From: Alphaproteobacteria bacterium
GTDB taxonomy: Bacteria; Pseudomonadota; Alphaproteobacteria; UBA828
Reading direction: 5' to 3'
DNA: 64,000 nucleotides
Assembly: GCA_963667785.2 (NCBI GenBank)
Contig: CAXXMU010000001.1
Span: 192,001-256,000, forward strand
Shown: positions 16,723-25,874 of the stretch, piece by piece
How positions within the stretch are numbered: the stretch's first letter is position 1
Layout of the letters: every line of letters begins with the position of its first letter
Position numbers and translations under genes: made by a program
The notes under the pieces: generated by a model
Database searches by the model: none
Seen by the model: the letters and a program-made list of their open reading frames with translations, nothing else
Told to the model about the DNA's origin: nothing

Positions 16723-18167
16723 CGCGGTCGCTCCTGCCCTATCAGCGACGCTGGGTCGCCGATGGCACGCAGCTTAAGATCGTGGAGAAGTCGCGTCGCA
16801 TCGGGCTGAGTTGGGCCGAGGCCTACGACGCGGTGATGCACGCGGCCGAGGGACGCGGCAACGTCATCTATCAGTCCTACGACAAGGAGATGACGCGCGG
16901 CTTCATCGACGACTGCGCCGAGTGGGCCGAGCACCTGGAGTTCGAGGCCGGCGCGATCGGCGAGAGCGTCATAGATGACGGGGATTCGGGGGCCGTTCAG
17001 GTCTTCCGCATCCGGCTCGCGTCGGGGAAGACCATCACGTCGATGACCAGCGCACCGCGTGCGCTCAGGTCGAAGGGGCGGCCGGGAGACCGCGCGATCA
17101 TCGACGAGGCCGCCTTCGTCGACGACCTGGATGAGGTGCTGAAGGCGGCGCTCGCCTTTCTCACCTGGGGCGGCCGCGTCCACGTGATCTCGACCCACAA
17201 CGGCGAGGCCTCGCCCTTCAACCTGCTTCTGCGCGACGTGCGCGACGGCAGGCAGCCGGGATCGGTCCATACCATCACCTTCCGCCAGGCGATCGACGAG
17301 GGTCTCGGCCGGCGGATCTTCGAGGTGACCGGCCGCGAGTGGACGCCGGAGGCCGAGGCGGAGTGGGAAGCCGGGATCCGGCGCACCTACGGCCACCGCG
17401 GCAAGGAGGAGCTCGACTGCGTGCCCTCCGCCGGCTCCGGCGCCTGGCTCACCTGGGAGATGATCCGGGCCTGCGAGGACAAGACCGGCGAGGCCGGAGA
17501 GGCGGAGCACTTCGCCGGGAACATCACCTATATCGGCGTCGACGTCGCCCGCCGGCGCGACCTGTGGGTCGCCGCCGTGCTGGAGCGCGTGGGCGACGTG
17601 CTCTGGCTGCGCGAGCTCGTCGTGCGGCAGGGAATCTCCTTCAGCGAGCAGCGGGCCATCGTCCGCAACCTGGTCGTCCACTATCGTCCCACGCGGATCG
17701 CCGTCGACCAGACCGGCATGGGCGAGGCCGTGGTCGAGCAGCTGCAGGAGGACCACGGCACGAGCCGGGTCGAAGGCGTGCTGATGACCGGCCCGCGCCG
17801 CCTCGACGTGGCCACGGCGCTGCGCGAGGCGGTCGAGGACAAGCGACTGCGGATCCCGGCCGACGACGATCTGCGCCGCGATCTCCACTCGATCCGCACC
17901 GAGGCCGGCCCGACCGGCCAGCCACGCCTGCTGGCCGACACGGCGGAGACCGACGGCCACGCCGACCGCTTCTGGTCTATGGCCCTGGCCTGCGCCGCCG
18001 CGGCGCAGGGCACCGGCCCGATCGAGGGCGCGATCGCCGGCCCGAGCGTGGCGAGCGGCCTCTTCGCGCAGATCGACGCCGCCGGCCGGCCGGTAGACCG
18101 GCAGTCGATCGACTACGACCGCGGCATCGTCTATGGCATATCCTCCCGCATGCGGGGCTTCAGCTGA
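16719..18167 (+). CDS. Terminase large subunit (Mu gp28-like)
   Basis: LLPYQ, EKSRRIGLSW, IIDEAAF, GVDVAR, HADRFW. Confidence 0.93.
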   Translation: MTRSLLPYQRRWVADGTQLKIVEKSRRIGLSWAEAYDAVMHAAEGRGNVIYQSYDKEMTRGFIDDCAEWAEHLEFEAGAIGESVIDDGDSGAVQVFRIRLASGKTITSMTSAPRALRSKGRPGDRAIIDEAAFVDDLDEVLKAALAFLTWGGRVHVISTHNGEASPFNLLLRDVRDGRQPGSVHTITFRQAIDEGLGRRIFEVTGREWTPEAEAEWEAGIRRTYGHRGKEELDCVPSAGSGAWLTWEMIRACEDKTGEAGEAEHFAGNITYIGVDVARRRDLWVAAVLERVGDVLWLRELVVRQGISFSEQRAIVRNLVVHYRPTRIAVDQTGMGEAVVEQLQEDHGTSRVEGVLMTGPRRLDVATALREAVEDKRLRIPADDDLRRDLHSIRTEAGPTGQPRLLADTAETDGHADRFWSMALACAAAAQGTGPIEGAIAGPSVASGLFAQIDAAGRPVDRQSIDYDRGIVYGISSRMRGFS

Positions 18168-19684
18168 TGCGCCTGCCCCGGTTCATGCGCCCGGCGCAGG
18201 CGCCCGCGGGCGAGGTGGCGCCGGCAGGGATCGCGGGGCGCATGGCGCCCTACATCGGCGAGCTGCCGGCGGATCCCCGCTCGCCGGCGCGGTACGCCGA
18301 CGCCTGGCGGGACGAGAGCAACGCGCTGCGCCTCTATCGCGACACCCTGAAGGACGAGCGCTGCCAGGCGGCGCTGGACCAGCGCCTGGATGCCGCGATC
18401 GCGCGGCCCTGGGAGGTCGAGCCCGGCGGGGACGACGATGAAGACAAGGTAGCCGCGCAGCATCTCACCGAGCAGCTGCATGCGATCGACTTCAACCCGG
18501 TCTGCCGGCAGCTGCTCTTCGGCGTCTGGTACGGCTACGCCGTCGCTGAGGTGATGTGGGGCACCGCCGACAATAAGGTGGTCATCGAGGACGTGAGGGT
18601 CCGCTCCGTCGACCGCTTCAGATGGTCCCCCGAGGGCGCGCTCCTGCTGCGCACCGACAGCCGGCCCCAAGGCGAGGAGGTGCCGGACGGCAAGTTCGTG
18701 CTGCTGGCCCGGCCGGGCGAGCACGACGACCTGCCGCACGGGCCGGGCCTCGCCAGGTGGTGCTACTGGCCCGTCTGGATGCGCCGGCACGGCCTCCTGT
18801 TCTGGTCGGTCGCGTTGGAGAAGTTCGGGGCGCCGAGCGCGAAGGGCACCTATCCGTCCGGCGCCAGCGAGAAGGAGAAGAGCGAGCTCCTCGACCTCGT
18901 CCAGGCGTTCGCGACGTCCAAGGGGATCACGATCCCGGAGGGGCAGGACGTCGAGCTCGTCGAGAGCGCGCGGCGCGCCGGCGGCGACTTCGAGGCGTTC
19001 TGCCAGTACCTCGACCGCTCCGTCACGACCACGATCCTCGGCCAGTCGTCCACCACCGACCAGGGACCCTGGAAGGGCACCGCCGAGGTGCAGAAGGACG
19101 TGCGCGACGAGACCGTGGCCGCCGACTGCCGGCTCCTCGACGACGCGCTGACCTCGACGATCGCGGCATGGCTCACCGCGTGGAACTTTCCCAGGGCCGC
19201 GCTGCCCAGGATCGTCCGCGACGCGTCTCCGGCCGAGGACCTCGACGCCAGGGCGACGCGCGAGGAGACCGTCTCGCGCACGACCGGGCTGCGGCCGACG
19301 AAAGAGCACATCGAGCAGGTCTACGGCGGCGAGTGGGAGGAGGCTCCGGCTCCGCCGCCCTCGCCGGTCCCGCCTCCCGGCCCCCGCGAGGACGATGACG
19401 ACGAGGCCGAGCTCGCAGCGCGGCGCGACCGGGACGCCATTGGCCGCGCGGTCACCGAGCTCATCTTCGGCGACGGCTGGGAGCCGATGATGTCGCCGGT
19501 CATCGAGCCCGTCCTCCAGGAGGCCGCCGCCGCCCTCGGGCGCGGCGAGAGCCTGGAGGAGTTCCGGGACCGCCTGCCCGCCCTCTTCGCCGAGATGGAT
19601 TCCTCGCGCATGGTCGAGACGCTCCGGCGCATGGGCTTCAGCGCGAACCTCTCCGGCAACGAGGGCCTGGTAGACCCCCGCTAG
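18167..19684 (+). CDS. Portal protein (DUF935, Mu gp29-like)
   Basis: GYAVAE, EKFGAP, ILGQ motifs; coupled to the terminase. Confidence 0.9.
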   Translation: MRLPRFMRPAQAPAGEVAPAGIAGRMAPYIGELPADPRSPARYADAWRDESNALRLYRDTLKDERCQAALDQRLDAAIARPWEVEPGGDDDEDKVAAQHLTEQLHAIDFNPVCRQLLFGVWYGYAVAEVMWGTADNKVVIEDVRVRSVDRFRWSPEGALLLRTDSRPQGEEVPDGKFVLLARPGEHDDLPHGPGLARWCYWPVWMRRHGLLFWSVALEKFGAPSAKGTYPSGASEKEKSELLDLVQAFATSKGITIPEGQDVELVESARRAGGDFEAFCQYLDRSVTTTILGQSSTTDQGPWKGTAEVQKDVRDETVAADCRLLDDALTSTIAAWLTAWNFPRAALPRIVRDASPAEDLDARATREETVSRTTGLRPTKEHIEQVYGGEWEEAPAPPPSPVPPPGPREDDDDEAELAARRDRDAIGRAVTELIFGDGWEPMMSPVIEPVLQEAAAALGRGESLEEFRDRLPALFAEMDSSRMVETLRRMGFSANLSGNEGLVDPR

Positions 19685-19696
19685 GACGCCGCGCCG

Positions 19697-20890
19697 ATGC
19701 CCGAGCCGGAGATCCTCGCCGTCCCGCCCAGGGAGGCGGTCGCCCACTTCAGGGCCAAGGGCTATCACGTCGGCTACAGCTGGCTCGACACGGCCGCCGG
19801 CGAGCACACGCGCTCCTTCACCGTTGCCAAGGCCATGCGCCTCGACGTCCTGGAGGCGATCCGCGGCGAGGTCGACCGGGCGATCGCGGACGGCATCACC
19901 TTCGAGGACTTCGAGAAGGCGCTCGAACCGCGCCTGAGGGAGATGGGGTGGTGGGGGCGCGGCCAGATGGTCGACCCGCTCACCGGCGAGCTCCGCAACG
20001 TGCAGCTCGGCTCGCGGCACCGGCTGCGCACGATCTTCGACACCAACCTCCGCATGTCCTACGCCAAGGGGCGCTGGGAAATGATCGAGCGCGACGCCGC
20101 GGCCGCGCCGTATCTCATGTACGACGCCGTCAACGACGCGCTGACGAGGCCCGAGCACCTGGCCTGGGACGGCACCGTGCTGCGCTGGGACGATCCGTGG
20201 TGGCGCTCCCACTACCCGCCGAACGGGTGGTTCTGCCGGTGCCGGGTGATCCAGATGTCGGAGGAGGACCTGGAGGAGTTCGGCATCGAGCCCTCGGGCG
20301 GGCCGCCTGCCGAATCACTCAGGACGCGGCCGTGGACCAACAAACGCACCGGCGAAACGCACCAGGTGCCGATCGGGATCGATCCGGGCTTCCAGGACAA
20401 CGTGGGGCTCGTGGGCGGCGGCCGGGACACGGCGGACCGTCTGATCGGGAAGATGGATGCCGCGTCGCCCGATATGGCGCGGGCGGTCGTGGGCTCGCCC
20501 TGGCGCACGGCGCTGTTCCACCGCCACCTGGCGGGGCGGGACGAGGGAGACTGGCCCGTGGCTGCAGCACCGGCTGCGGTTCTGGCCGCCGCCGGTGGGC
20601 AGTCGCAGACGGTGCGGCTTTCGGGCGCGTCTGCGGCGAAGCAGGCCGAGCGGCACGGCGACCTCTCCCCGGAGGACTATGCCCGCGTCCAGGCGATCAT
20701 CGATCAGGGCGAGTTCTTCGAGGCCGGCGGCCACCATGTGATGGGGTTCCTGGAGATGGACGGCCGCCCCTGGCGCGCGGTGGTGAAGGCGACGCGCGAC
20801 GGCGCGGAGACCTACGTCGTCAGCTTCCACAAGGCTCAGCCATACGACCTCGAGGCCGCGCGGCGGCACCTGCCGACGATCTCCCGCTGA
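19697..20890 (+). CDS. MuF (gp30) head morphogenesis protein with a C-terminal nuclease-like (PBECR-like) extension
   Basis: SFTVAK, RLRTIFDTN, TRPEH, PPNGWFCRC; extra ~130 aa with K..RH.DL..EDY and RAVVK.T......VVSFHK. Confidence 0.88.
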   Translation: MPEPEILAVPPREAVAHFRAKGYHVGYSWLDTAAGEHTRSFTVAKAMRLDVLEAIRGEVDRAIADGITFEDFEKALEPRLREMGWWGRGQMVDPLTGELRNVQLGSRHRLRTIFDTNLRMSYAKGRWEMIERDAAAAPYLMYDAVNDALTRPEHLAWDGTVLRWDDPWWRSHYPPNGWFCRCRVIQMSEEDLEEFGIEPSGGPPAESLRTRPWTNKRTGETHQVPIGIDPGFQDNVGLVGGGRDTADRLIGKMDAASPDMARAVVGSPWRTALFHRHLAGRDEGDWPVAAAPAAVLAAAGGQSQTVRLSGASAAKQAERHGDLSPEDYARVQAIIDQGEFFEAGGHHVMGFLEMDGRPWRAVVKATRDGAETYVVSFHKAQPYDLEAARRHLPTISR

Positions 20891-20896
20891 GAGGGG

Positions 20897-20970
20897 TGGA
20901 TGGCGCCGGGCGGGCCACAACCCCCGCGCTCGCCCGAAGGCATGAGAGTATTGCGAATGCTTCCGGCGCC
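20897..20970 (-). ncRNA. Putative 74-nt tRNA-like small RNA convergent on muF
   Basis: Promoter TCGACG(21000-21005)-N17-TATAGT(20977-20982); 8-bp closing stem 20963-70/20902-09; cUUCGg arm; 5-bp T-like arm; ends AUCCA. Confidence 0.55.
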
Positions 20971-21029
20971 GGCCCCACTATAGCCGCGTCGTCGGCGGCC
21001 GTCGACTGCGGCGGCAGGCGCTGCACCCC

Positions 21030-21279
21030 TGGTTGATTCACACCCCGTCGCGGGCGACGATTTTCCGGCCGATTCACGCCCTGTGAACGGCTCGATTATT
21101 TGTCGTTTCTGGCCAGTCCACAGCCCCTGCACCGCCCGATTCCCAGAGACTTATGCGCGGTGCCTCTCAGCGCTTTGCGCCTTCGAGGACGTCGCACGCC
21201 GCGGTCACCGCGCGATTCCACGAGCGTTCACGAGATTCCGGACGATTTCGCGATTCCGTCCGACTTCTGCTTCCCGACA
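21030..21279. repeat. Putative right end of the prophage with transposase-binding repeats
   Basis: GATTCAC x2; roughly 10-bp periodic CG(A/C)GATTCC-like units 21211-21258; terminal ACA at 21277-21279. Confidence 0.55.
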
Positions 21280-21346
21280 GCGACGTGCCGCCCCGCAATC
21301 CCGGGGTTGCGCCCGGCCCGGGCCGTTGCGGCATACTCGCGGTGCG

Positions 21347-22249
21347 ATGACCGAAGCCTGGACCGTTCCCGAGCCCGAAGACGCGCACGAGGTGCGCACG
21401 GCGGACGGCTACCCCATCGCGCTGCGCCGATACGGAAATCCCGACGGTCCCAGGCTCGTCATGAGCCACGGGAACGGCTTCGCGATCGATGCCTACTGGC
21501 CCTACTGGTCCCGCTTCATCCGGGAGTTCGACGTCTTCGTGCACGACATCCGCAGTCACGGCCGCAATCCCGTCGGCGACCTGGACGTGCACAGCATCCC
21601 CATGATCGCGGAGGACTTCACCTGCGTCTCGCGCCACATCGACCGGCGCTTCGGCGCGAGGCCCAAGGTTGGCGTGTTCCATTCGCTCTCGGCGCTGGCG
21701 GTGCTGCACGCGCCCATCGTCCACGACTGTGCCGCCCTGGTGCTGTTCGACCCGCCGATCCTGCTGCCGGGCAGGACCACGGGCGATCTGGAGAAAGTCG
21801 GGTCCACGATGGGGAAGGCGACGCGCAAGCGGCAGGAGCGCTTCGAGACGCCCGCGGCCTACGCGGCGTTTCTCTCGACCAGGGACGCGTTCGCCGGCCT
21901 GGACGCGGGTGGGCTCGACCTCCTCGCGCGTACCACGCTCCGGCCCGTCGGCAGCGGCGCCGGCTACCGGCTGAGCTGTCCGCCCGAGCACGAGGCCCGG
22001 ATGTGGGATTCCCTCTATCCCTTCGCGCGGATGGTGGACTACGGCGCGATCCCCTGTCCGATCAAGGTGATCGGCTCCGATCCGACCATGCGCAACTCGT
22101 TCCTTCCGAGCACCGAAGTGCCGGAGCTGCTGCGCCTGGACTACGACTTCGTTCCCGAAACGACGCACCTGCTGCAGTTGGAGAACCCGGAGGCGTGCGC
22201 CGCCTTCACCCTCGACTACCTCGCCAGGCGAGGACCTGGCGCCGGCTAG
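21347..22249 (+). CDS. Alpha/beta hydrolase
   Basis: SHGNG, DIRSHG, GVFHSLSA nucleophile elbow, THLLQLE. Confidence 0.85.
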   Translation: MTEAWTVPEPEDAHEVRTADGYPIALRRYGNPDGPRLVMSHGNGFAIDAYWPYWSRFIREFDVFVHDIRSHGRNPVGDLDVHSIPMIAEDFTCVSRHIDRRFGARPKVGVFHSLSALAVLHAPIVHDCAALVLFDPPILLPGRTTGDLEKVGSTMGKATRKRQERFETPAAYAAFLSTRDAFAGLDAGGLDLLARTTLRPVGSGAGYRLSCPPEHEARMWDSLYPFARMVDYGAIPCPIKVIGSDPTMRNSFLPSTEVPELLRLDYDFVPETTHLLQLENPEACAAFTLDYLARRGPGAG

Positions 22250-22320
22250 CGCAAGTTCTGACCGGACGGGGTCACGTCCGGTTGTCGCACGCTCACCCGT
22301 TGGCATGCAGTGCGGCTGAA

Positions 22321-22436
22321 GACTCCCCCACCTCACCCTGGCCCTCTCCGCCCCCAGGGGCGGAGAGGGAAAGCAGCCGGCGCCGTCACGTTCCCCCTCC
22401 GCCTTTGGGGGAGGGGGATAGGGGGAGGTGGGAGTC
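22321..22436. repeat. Alphaproteobacterial REP/RIME-like palindromic element
   Basis: Terminal IR GACTCCC..ACCTC/GAGGTGGGAGTC enclosing CCCTCTCCGCCCC-CA-GGGGCGGAGAGGG and a second hairpin. Confidence 0.7.
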
Positions 22437-22575
22437 GTTCAAGCCGTGGTGACCTCGTGTGGTCGGACAATGCTATAGCGGCCACTTCCTCCATCGCGCC
22501 GCGGGGCGCGATATGGCACGCGAACCGTGCCGCTGCTAAGCTGGCGGCCGCGCGCAACGAGACGGGACGAGGGCG

Positions 22576-23280
22576 ATGGCTGAGCGGATGGTCGACCTGA
22601 CGTTGACGCTGACCGACAACATGCCGGCGCACAAGCTCTTCCAGCGGCCGGTCATCGTGCCCCACTACACCCACGAGCAGACCCGCGAGCAGTTCTTCCT
22701 GGGCGTCGAGGACGACCGCCTCTCCTTCGCCACCACCTACATGGGCATGATCGACCATATAGGCACCCACGTGGATGCCTTCTACCACGTCAATCCCGAC
22801 GGCGCGCCGGTGGACCAGATGCCGCTCGACATGTTCATGGGCAAGGCGGTCTGCTGGGACCTGACCCATATCCCCGACCTCGGCGACATCGACGTGGCCG
22901 ACTTCGAGGCGGCGGAGGAGAAGGGAGGGGTCAAGGTGGACGGCCACATCGTGCTGCTCAACACCGGCCTCCACAACCGCCACTACCCGGACGTGAAGTC
23001 GGTCTGGAGCAATCCCGGCATCACCGCGGCCGCGACCCACTGGCTGGCGGACCGGGGCTCGAAGCTGCACGGCGTCGAGGGCCCGTCGACCGACAAGCCG
23101 TCGGACAATCTCTTCCCCAACCACCGCGTCTGCCGCGACCGCGGCATCGCCCACTACGAGTGGCTCATCAACCTGGAGGAGCTGGTCGGCAAGGGCGAGT
23201 TCATGTTCTACGGGCCGCCCATCAAGCTCGGCAACGGCAGCGGCGCGCCCGTCCGCGCCTGGGCGATCGTCGACGAGTAG
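22576..23280 (+). CDS. Cyclase-family metal-dependent hydrolase (KynB-like)
   Basis: DHIGTHVDA motif; GSGAPVRA. Confidence 0.9.
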   Translation: MAERMVDLTLTLTDNMPAHKLFQRPVIVPHYTHEQTREQFFLGVEDDRLSFATTYMGMIDHIGTHVDAFYHVNPDGAPVDQMPLDMFMGKAVCWDLTHIPDLGDIDVADFEAAEEKGGVKVDGHIVLLNTGLHNRHYPDVKSVWSNPGITAAATHWLADRGSKLHGVEGPSTDKPSDNLFPNHRVCRDRGIAHYEWLINLEELVGKGEFMFYGPPIKLGNGSGAPVRAWAIVDE

Positions 23281-23318
23281 GTCGCGCCGGCCGCCGCTCG
23301 GTACCGGGAGAGGCGCCG

Positions 23319-24407
23319 GTGACACGCATCGACGAGCGCACGGTCGACGAGCGGATCCCCATCACGCTGCTCACGGGCTTCCTCGGCGCCGGCAAGACCA
23401 CCCTCGTCAACCGCCTGCTCGCAGCGCCTAACGCCGGCAGGATCGCCGTCATCGTCAACGAGTTCGGCGAGATCGGCATCGACGGCGACCTCATCGCCCG
23501 CGCCAGCGAGGACATGCTGGAGCTGACCAACGGCTGCATCTGCTGCGCCGCCCAGGGCGATCTGATGGACGGGCTCAACCGTCTGTTCCTGCGCAAGGTG
23601 GGCCTCGCCGAGCCTAGCATCGACTTCGACAAGATCGTGATCGAGACCACGGGGATCGCCGATCCCTCGCCGCTGGCCCGGCTGTTCTACACCGACATGA
23701 AGCTCGACCTCACCTTCCGCCTCGACGCGGTGCTGACAGTGGTGGACCTCAAGCACGTGCGAGGCCAGCTCGCGCGCTCGCCGGAGGCGGAGAAGCAGGT
23801 CGCCATCGCCGACAAGCTGATCTTCAACAAGCGCGACCTGGTGGACGACGACGAATTCGCCACCGCCGTGGCGGCGGTCGAGCGCCTCAACCCCTTCTCG
23901 GTCAAGGAGGTCACCACCCACGGCGCGCTGCCGGCAGACCGGCTGCTCGACCTCGACCTCTTCGAGCCCAAGCGCCGTGACGACATGGTGGGAGCCTGGA
24001 TCGGCGCCGACCGGCCGGCGGAGGCCGGCGCCAGCGACGAGGGTCACGGCCACGACGACCCTGTCCACACGCCAGGCGTGGGCGCGGTCTGCCTGCAGGG
24101 CCGGGAGCCGCTCGAGTGGAACGCGCTGCTCCGCTTCCTCCTGGAGCTGACGCAGGAGAAGGGCGAGGACCTCTTCCGGGTCAAGGGCATGGTCCATTTC
24201 CAGAACGTCGAGAAGCCGGTGATCCTGCAGGGCGTGCAGGCGACCTTCAGCCCGCCGACCTATGCCGAGGCGTGGCCGCGCGGCGAGGTCGCGACGCGGA
24301 TCGTGGTGATCGGCCGCGACCTCGACGAGGCGGCGATGCAGGCGCGCTTCAAGGCATGCGTGGCGAGGCGGGACGCCGTGCTCGATCGCGGCCTCGGCGC
24401 CATCTGA
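23319..24407 (+). CDS. CobW/COG0523 metallochaperone GTPase
   Basis: GFLGAGKTT, NEFGE, NGCICC, ETTG, NKRD, RVKG. Confidence 0.92.
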   Translation: MTRIDERTVDERIPITLLTGFLGAGKTTLVNRLLAAPNAGRIAVIVNEFGEIGIDGDLIARASEDMLELTNGCICCAAQGDLMDGLNRLFLRKVGLAEPSIDFDKIVIETTGIADPSPLARLFYTDMKLDLTFRLDAVLTVVDLKHVRGQLARSPEAEKQVAIADKLIFNKRDLVDDDEFATAVAAVERLNPFSVKEVTTHGALPADRLLDLDLFEPKRRDDMVGAWIGADRPAEAGASDEGHGHDDPVHTPGVGAVCLQGREPLEWNALLRFLLELTQEKGEDLFRVKGMVHFQNVEKPVILQGVQATFSPPTYAEAWPRGEVATRIVVIGRDLDEAAMQARFKACVARRDAVLDRGLGAI

Positions 24408-24432
24408 ACGACGATCCGGGCAGGAGAGGACC

Positions 24433-25827
24433 ATGAGCTTCGCCTACATGACGGCGCTCGAACTGAAGGACCTGCTGGCCAGGGGCAGCATCTCGCCGGT
24501 GGAGCTGGTCGCCGACACGCTCGCCCGCCAGGAGGCGCTGGAGCCCCGGATCAACGCCTTCGTCACGGCGACGCCGGAGGTGGCGCTCGCCGCGGCCCGC
24601 GCGCAGGAGCGCGCCATCGCTGCGGGCGAGGGGGGCGCGATCGCCGGCCTGCCGGTCTCGGTCAAGGACCTGGTGGCCATGGCCGGCGTGCCGCTCACCT
24701 TCGGCTCGCGCCCTTTCGCGGACAACGTGGCGGATGCCGACGCGCCGGCGGTGGAGCGGATCAGGGAGGCCGGCGGCTGCATCGTCGGCAAGACCACCAC
24801 CAGCGAGTTCGGCTGCAAGGCGGTCTGCGACAGCCCGCTCACCGGCATCACCCGCAACCCCTGGGACCTGGAGAGGACCCCCGGCGGCTCCAGCGGCGGC
24901 GCCGGCGCGAGCGTCGCCGCCGGGCTCACGCCGTTTGCGCTCGGCACCGACGGCGGCGGCTCGGTGCGGATTCCGTCGGCGCTCTGCGGCCTCTTCGGCA
25001 TCAAGGCGCAGTTCGGCCGCGTCCCCGTGTTCCCGGTCTCCGCCGCGCCCACCCTCTCCCACGTCGGCTCGATGGCGCGCACGGTGCGGGATGCCGCGCT
25101 GCTGCTCGGCGTCATGGCCGGCCACGACCGTCGCGATGCCTTCGGCGTCGCCGGGCCCACGCCGGATTTCCTCGCCGCCTGCGATGCGGGCGCGGACGGG
25201 ATGCGGATCGCCTGGAGCCCCACCTTCGGCTACGCCGCGCCGGAGCCCGAGGTCGCGGCCCTCTGCGAAGCGGCCGCCCGGCGCTTCGAGGCGCTGGGCT
25301 GCACCGTCGAGCTGGTGGAGGACGCGCTGGGCGCCGACCCGGTCGAGATCTGGATGGCGGAGTTCTACGGCGGCATCGGCACCAAGCTGAAGGACCTGAT
25401 GGCGGAAAGGCCCGAGGAGCTGGACCCCGCCGTGGTCGCGACGCTCGGCGCCGGGCTCGACCGCTCGATGGTGGCGTATTTCGAGCAGCTCTTCGCCCGC
25501 TACGAGTTCCGCGAGCGCATGCGCCAGCTCTTCGAGCGCTACGACCTGCTGCTCTCGCCGACGCTGCCGTGCGCCGCGTTCGCGGCGGGCCACGACACGC
25601 CGCCGGGGCTGGGGGCGCGCAACATCGTCTCCTGGGTCTACTACACCTATCCCTTCAACCTGACCGGCCAGCCGGCGGCCTCGATCCCGGCGGGCTTCAC
25701 CGAGGCCGGGCTGCCGGTGGGCCTGCAGATGGTCGCCGGCATCAATCGCGAGGCGGACATCCTGCGCGCCGCCGCGGCCTACGAGGAAGCGGCGCCTTGG
25801 GCGGACCGCCGGCCGCCGCTGGGCTGA
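24433..25827 (+). CDS. Amidase signature family enzyme
   Basis: VKD, GGSSGG, GTDGGGSVRIP. Confidence 0.93.
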   Translation: MSFAYMTALELKDLLARGSISPVELVADTLARQEALEPRINAFVTATPEVALAAARAQERAIAAGEGGAIAGLPVSVKDLVAMAGVPLTFGSRPFADNVADADAPAVERIREAGGCIVGKTTTSEFGCKAVCDSPLTGITRNPWDLERTPGGSSGGAGASVAAGLTPFALGTDGGGSVRIPSALCGLFGIKAQFGRVPVFPVSAAPTLSHVGSMARTVRDAALLLGVMAGHDRRDAFGVAGPTPDFLAACDAGADGMRIAWSPTFGYAAPEPEVAALCEAAARRFEALGCTVELVEDALGADPVEIWMAEFYGGIGTKLKDLMAERPEELDPAVVATLGAGLDRSMVAYFEQLFARYEFRERMRQLFERYDLLLSPTLPCAAFAAGHDTPPGLGARNIVSWVYYTYPFNLTGQPAASIPAGFTEAGLPVGLQMVAGINREADILRAAAAYEEAAPWADRRPPLG

Positions 25828-25874
25828 TCCCGGCCGAGGGCTCAACGCGAAGCAGACAGCAAGGGGAGGCGGCG

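Larger units (their letters stand above)
1..21279. mobile_element. Mu-like (transposable) prophage, right part; continues left of the window
   Basis: DDE transposase plus AAA ATPase pair, Gam, GemA, Mor, DUF3486/terminase/DUF935 portal/MuF block; translationally coupled ORFs; repeat-rich terminus ending ...ACA at 21277-21279, followed by host genes. Confidence 0.92.

Noticed and set aside
20897-20970. Genuine tRNA gene or tRNA attachment site
   Set aside because: No TTCRA T-loop, no 7-nt anticodon loop, two bases before CCA; Mu-like phages do not use tRNA att sites. Kept only as a tRNA-like RNA
1-21279. CRISPR-associated or Tn7-like transposon, or diversity-generating retroelement
   Set aside because: No TniQ, Cas, reverse transcriptase or TR/VR pair seen; the DDE/AAA pair sits among phage morphogenesis genes
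22321-22436. Novel ncRNA or prophage end
   Set aside because: Matches the layout of common alphaproteobacterial REP/RIME-like palindromes and lies beyond a host gene
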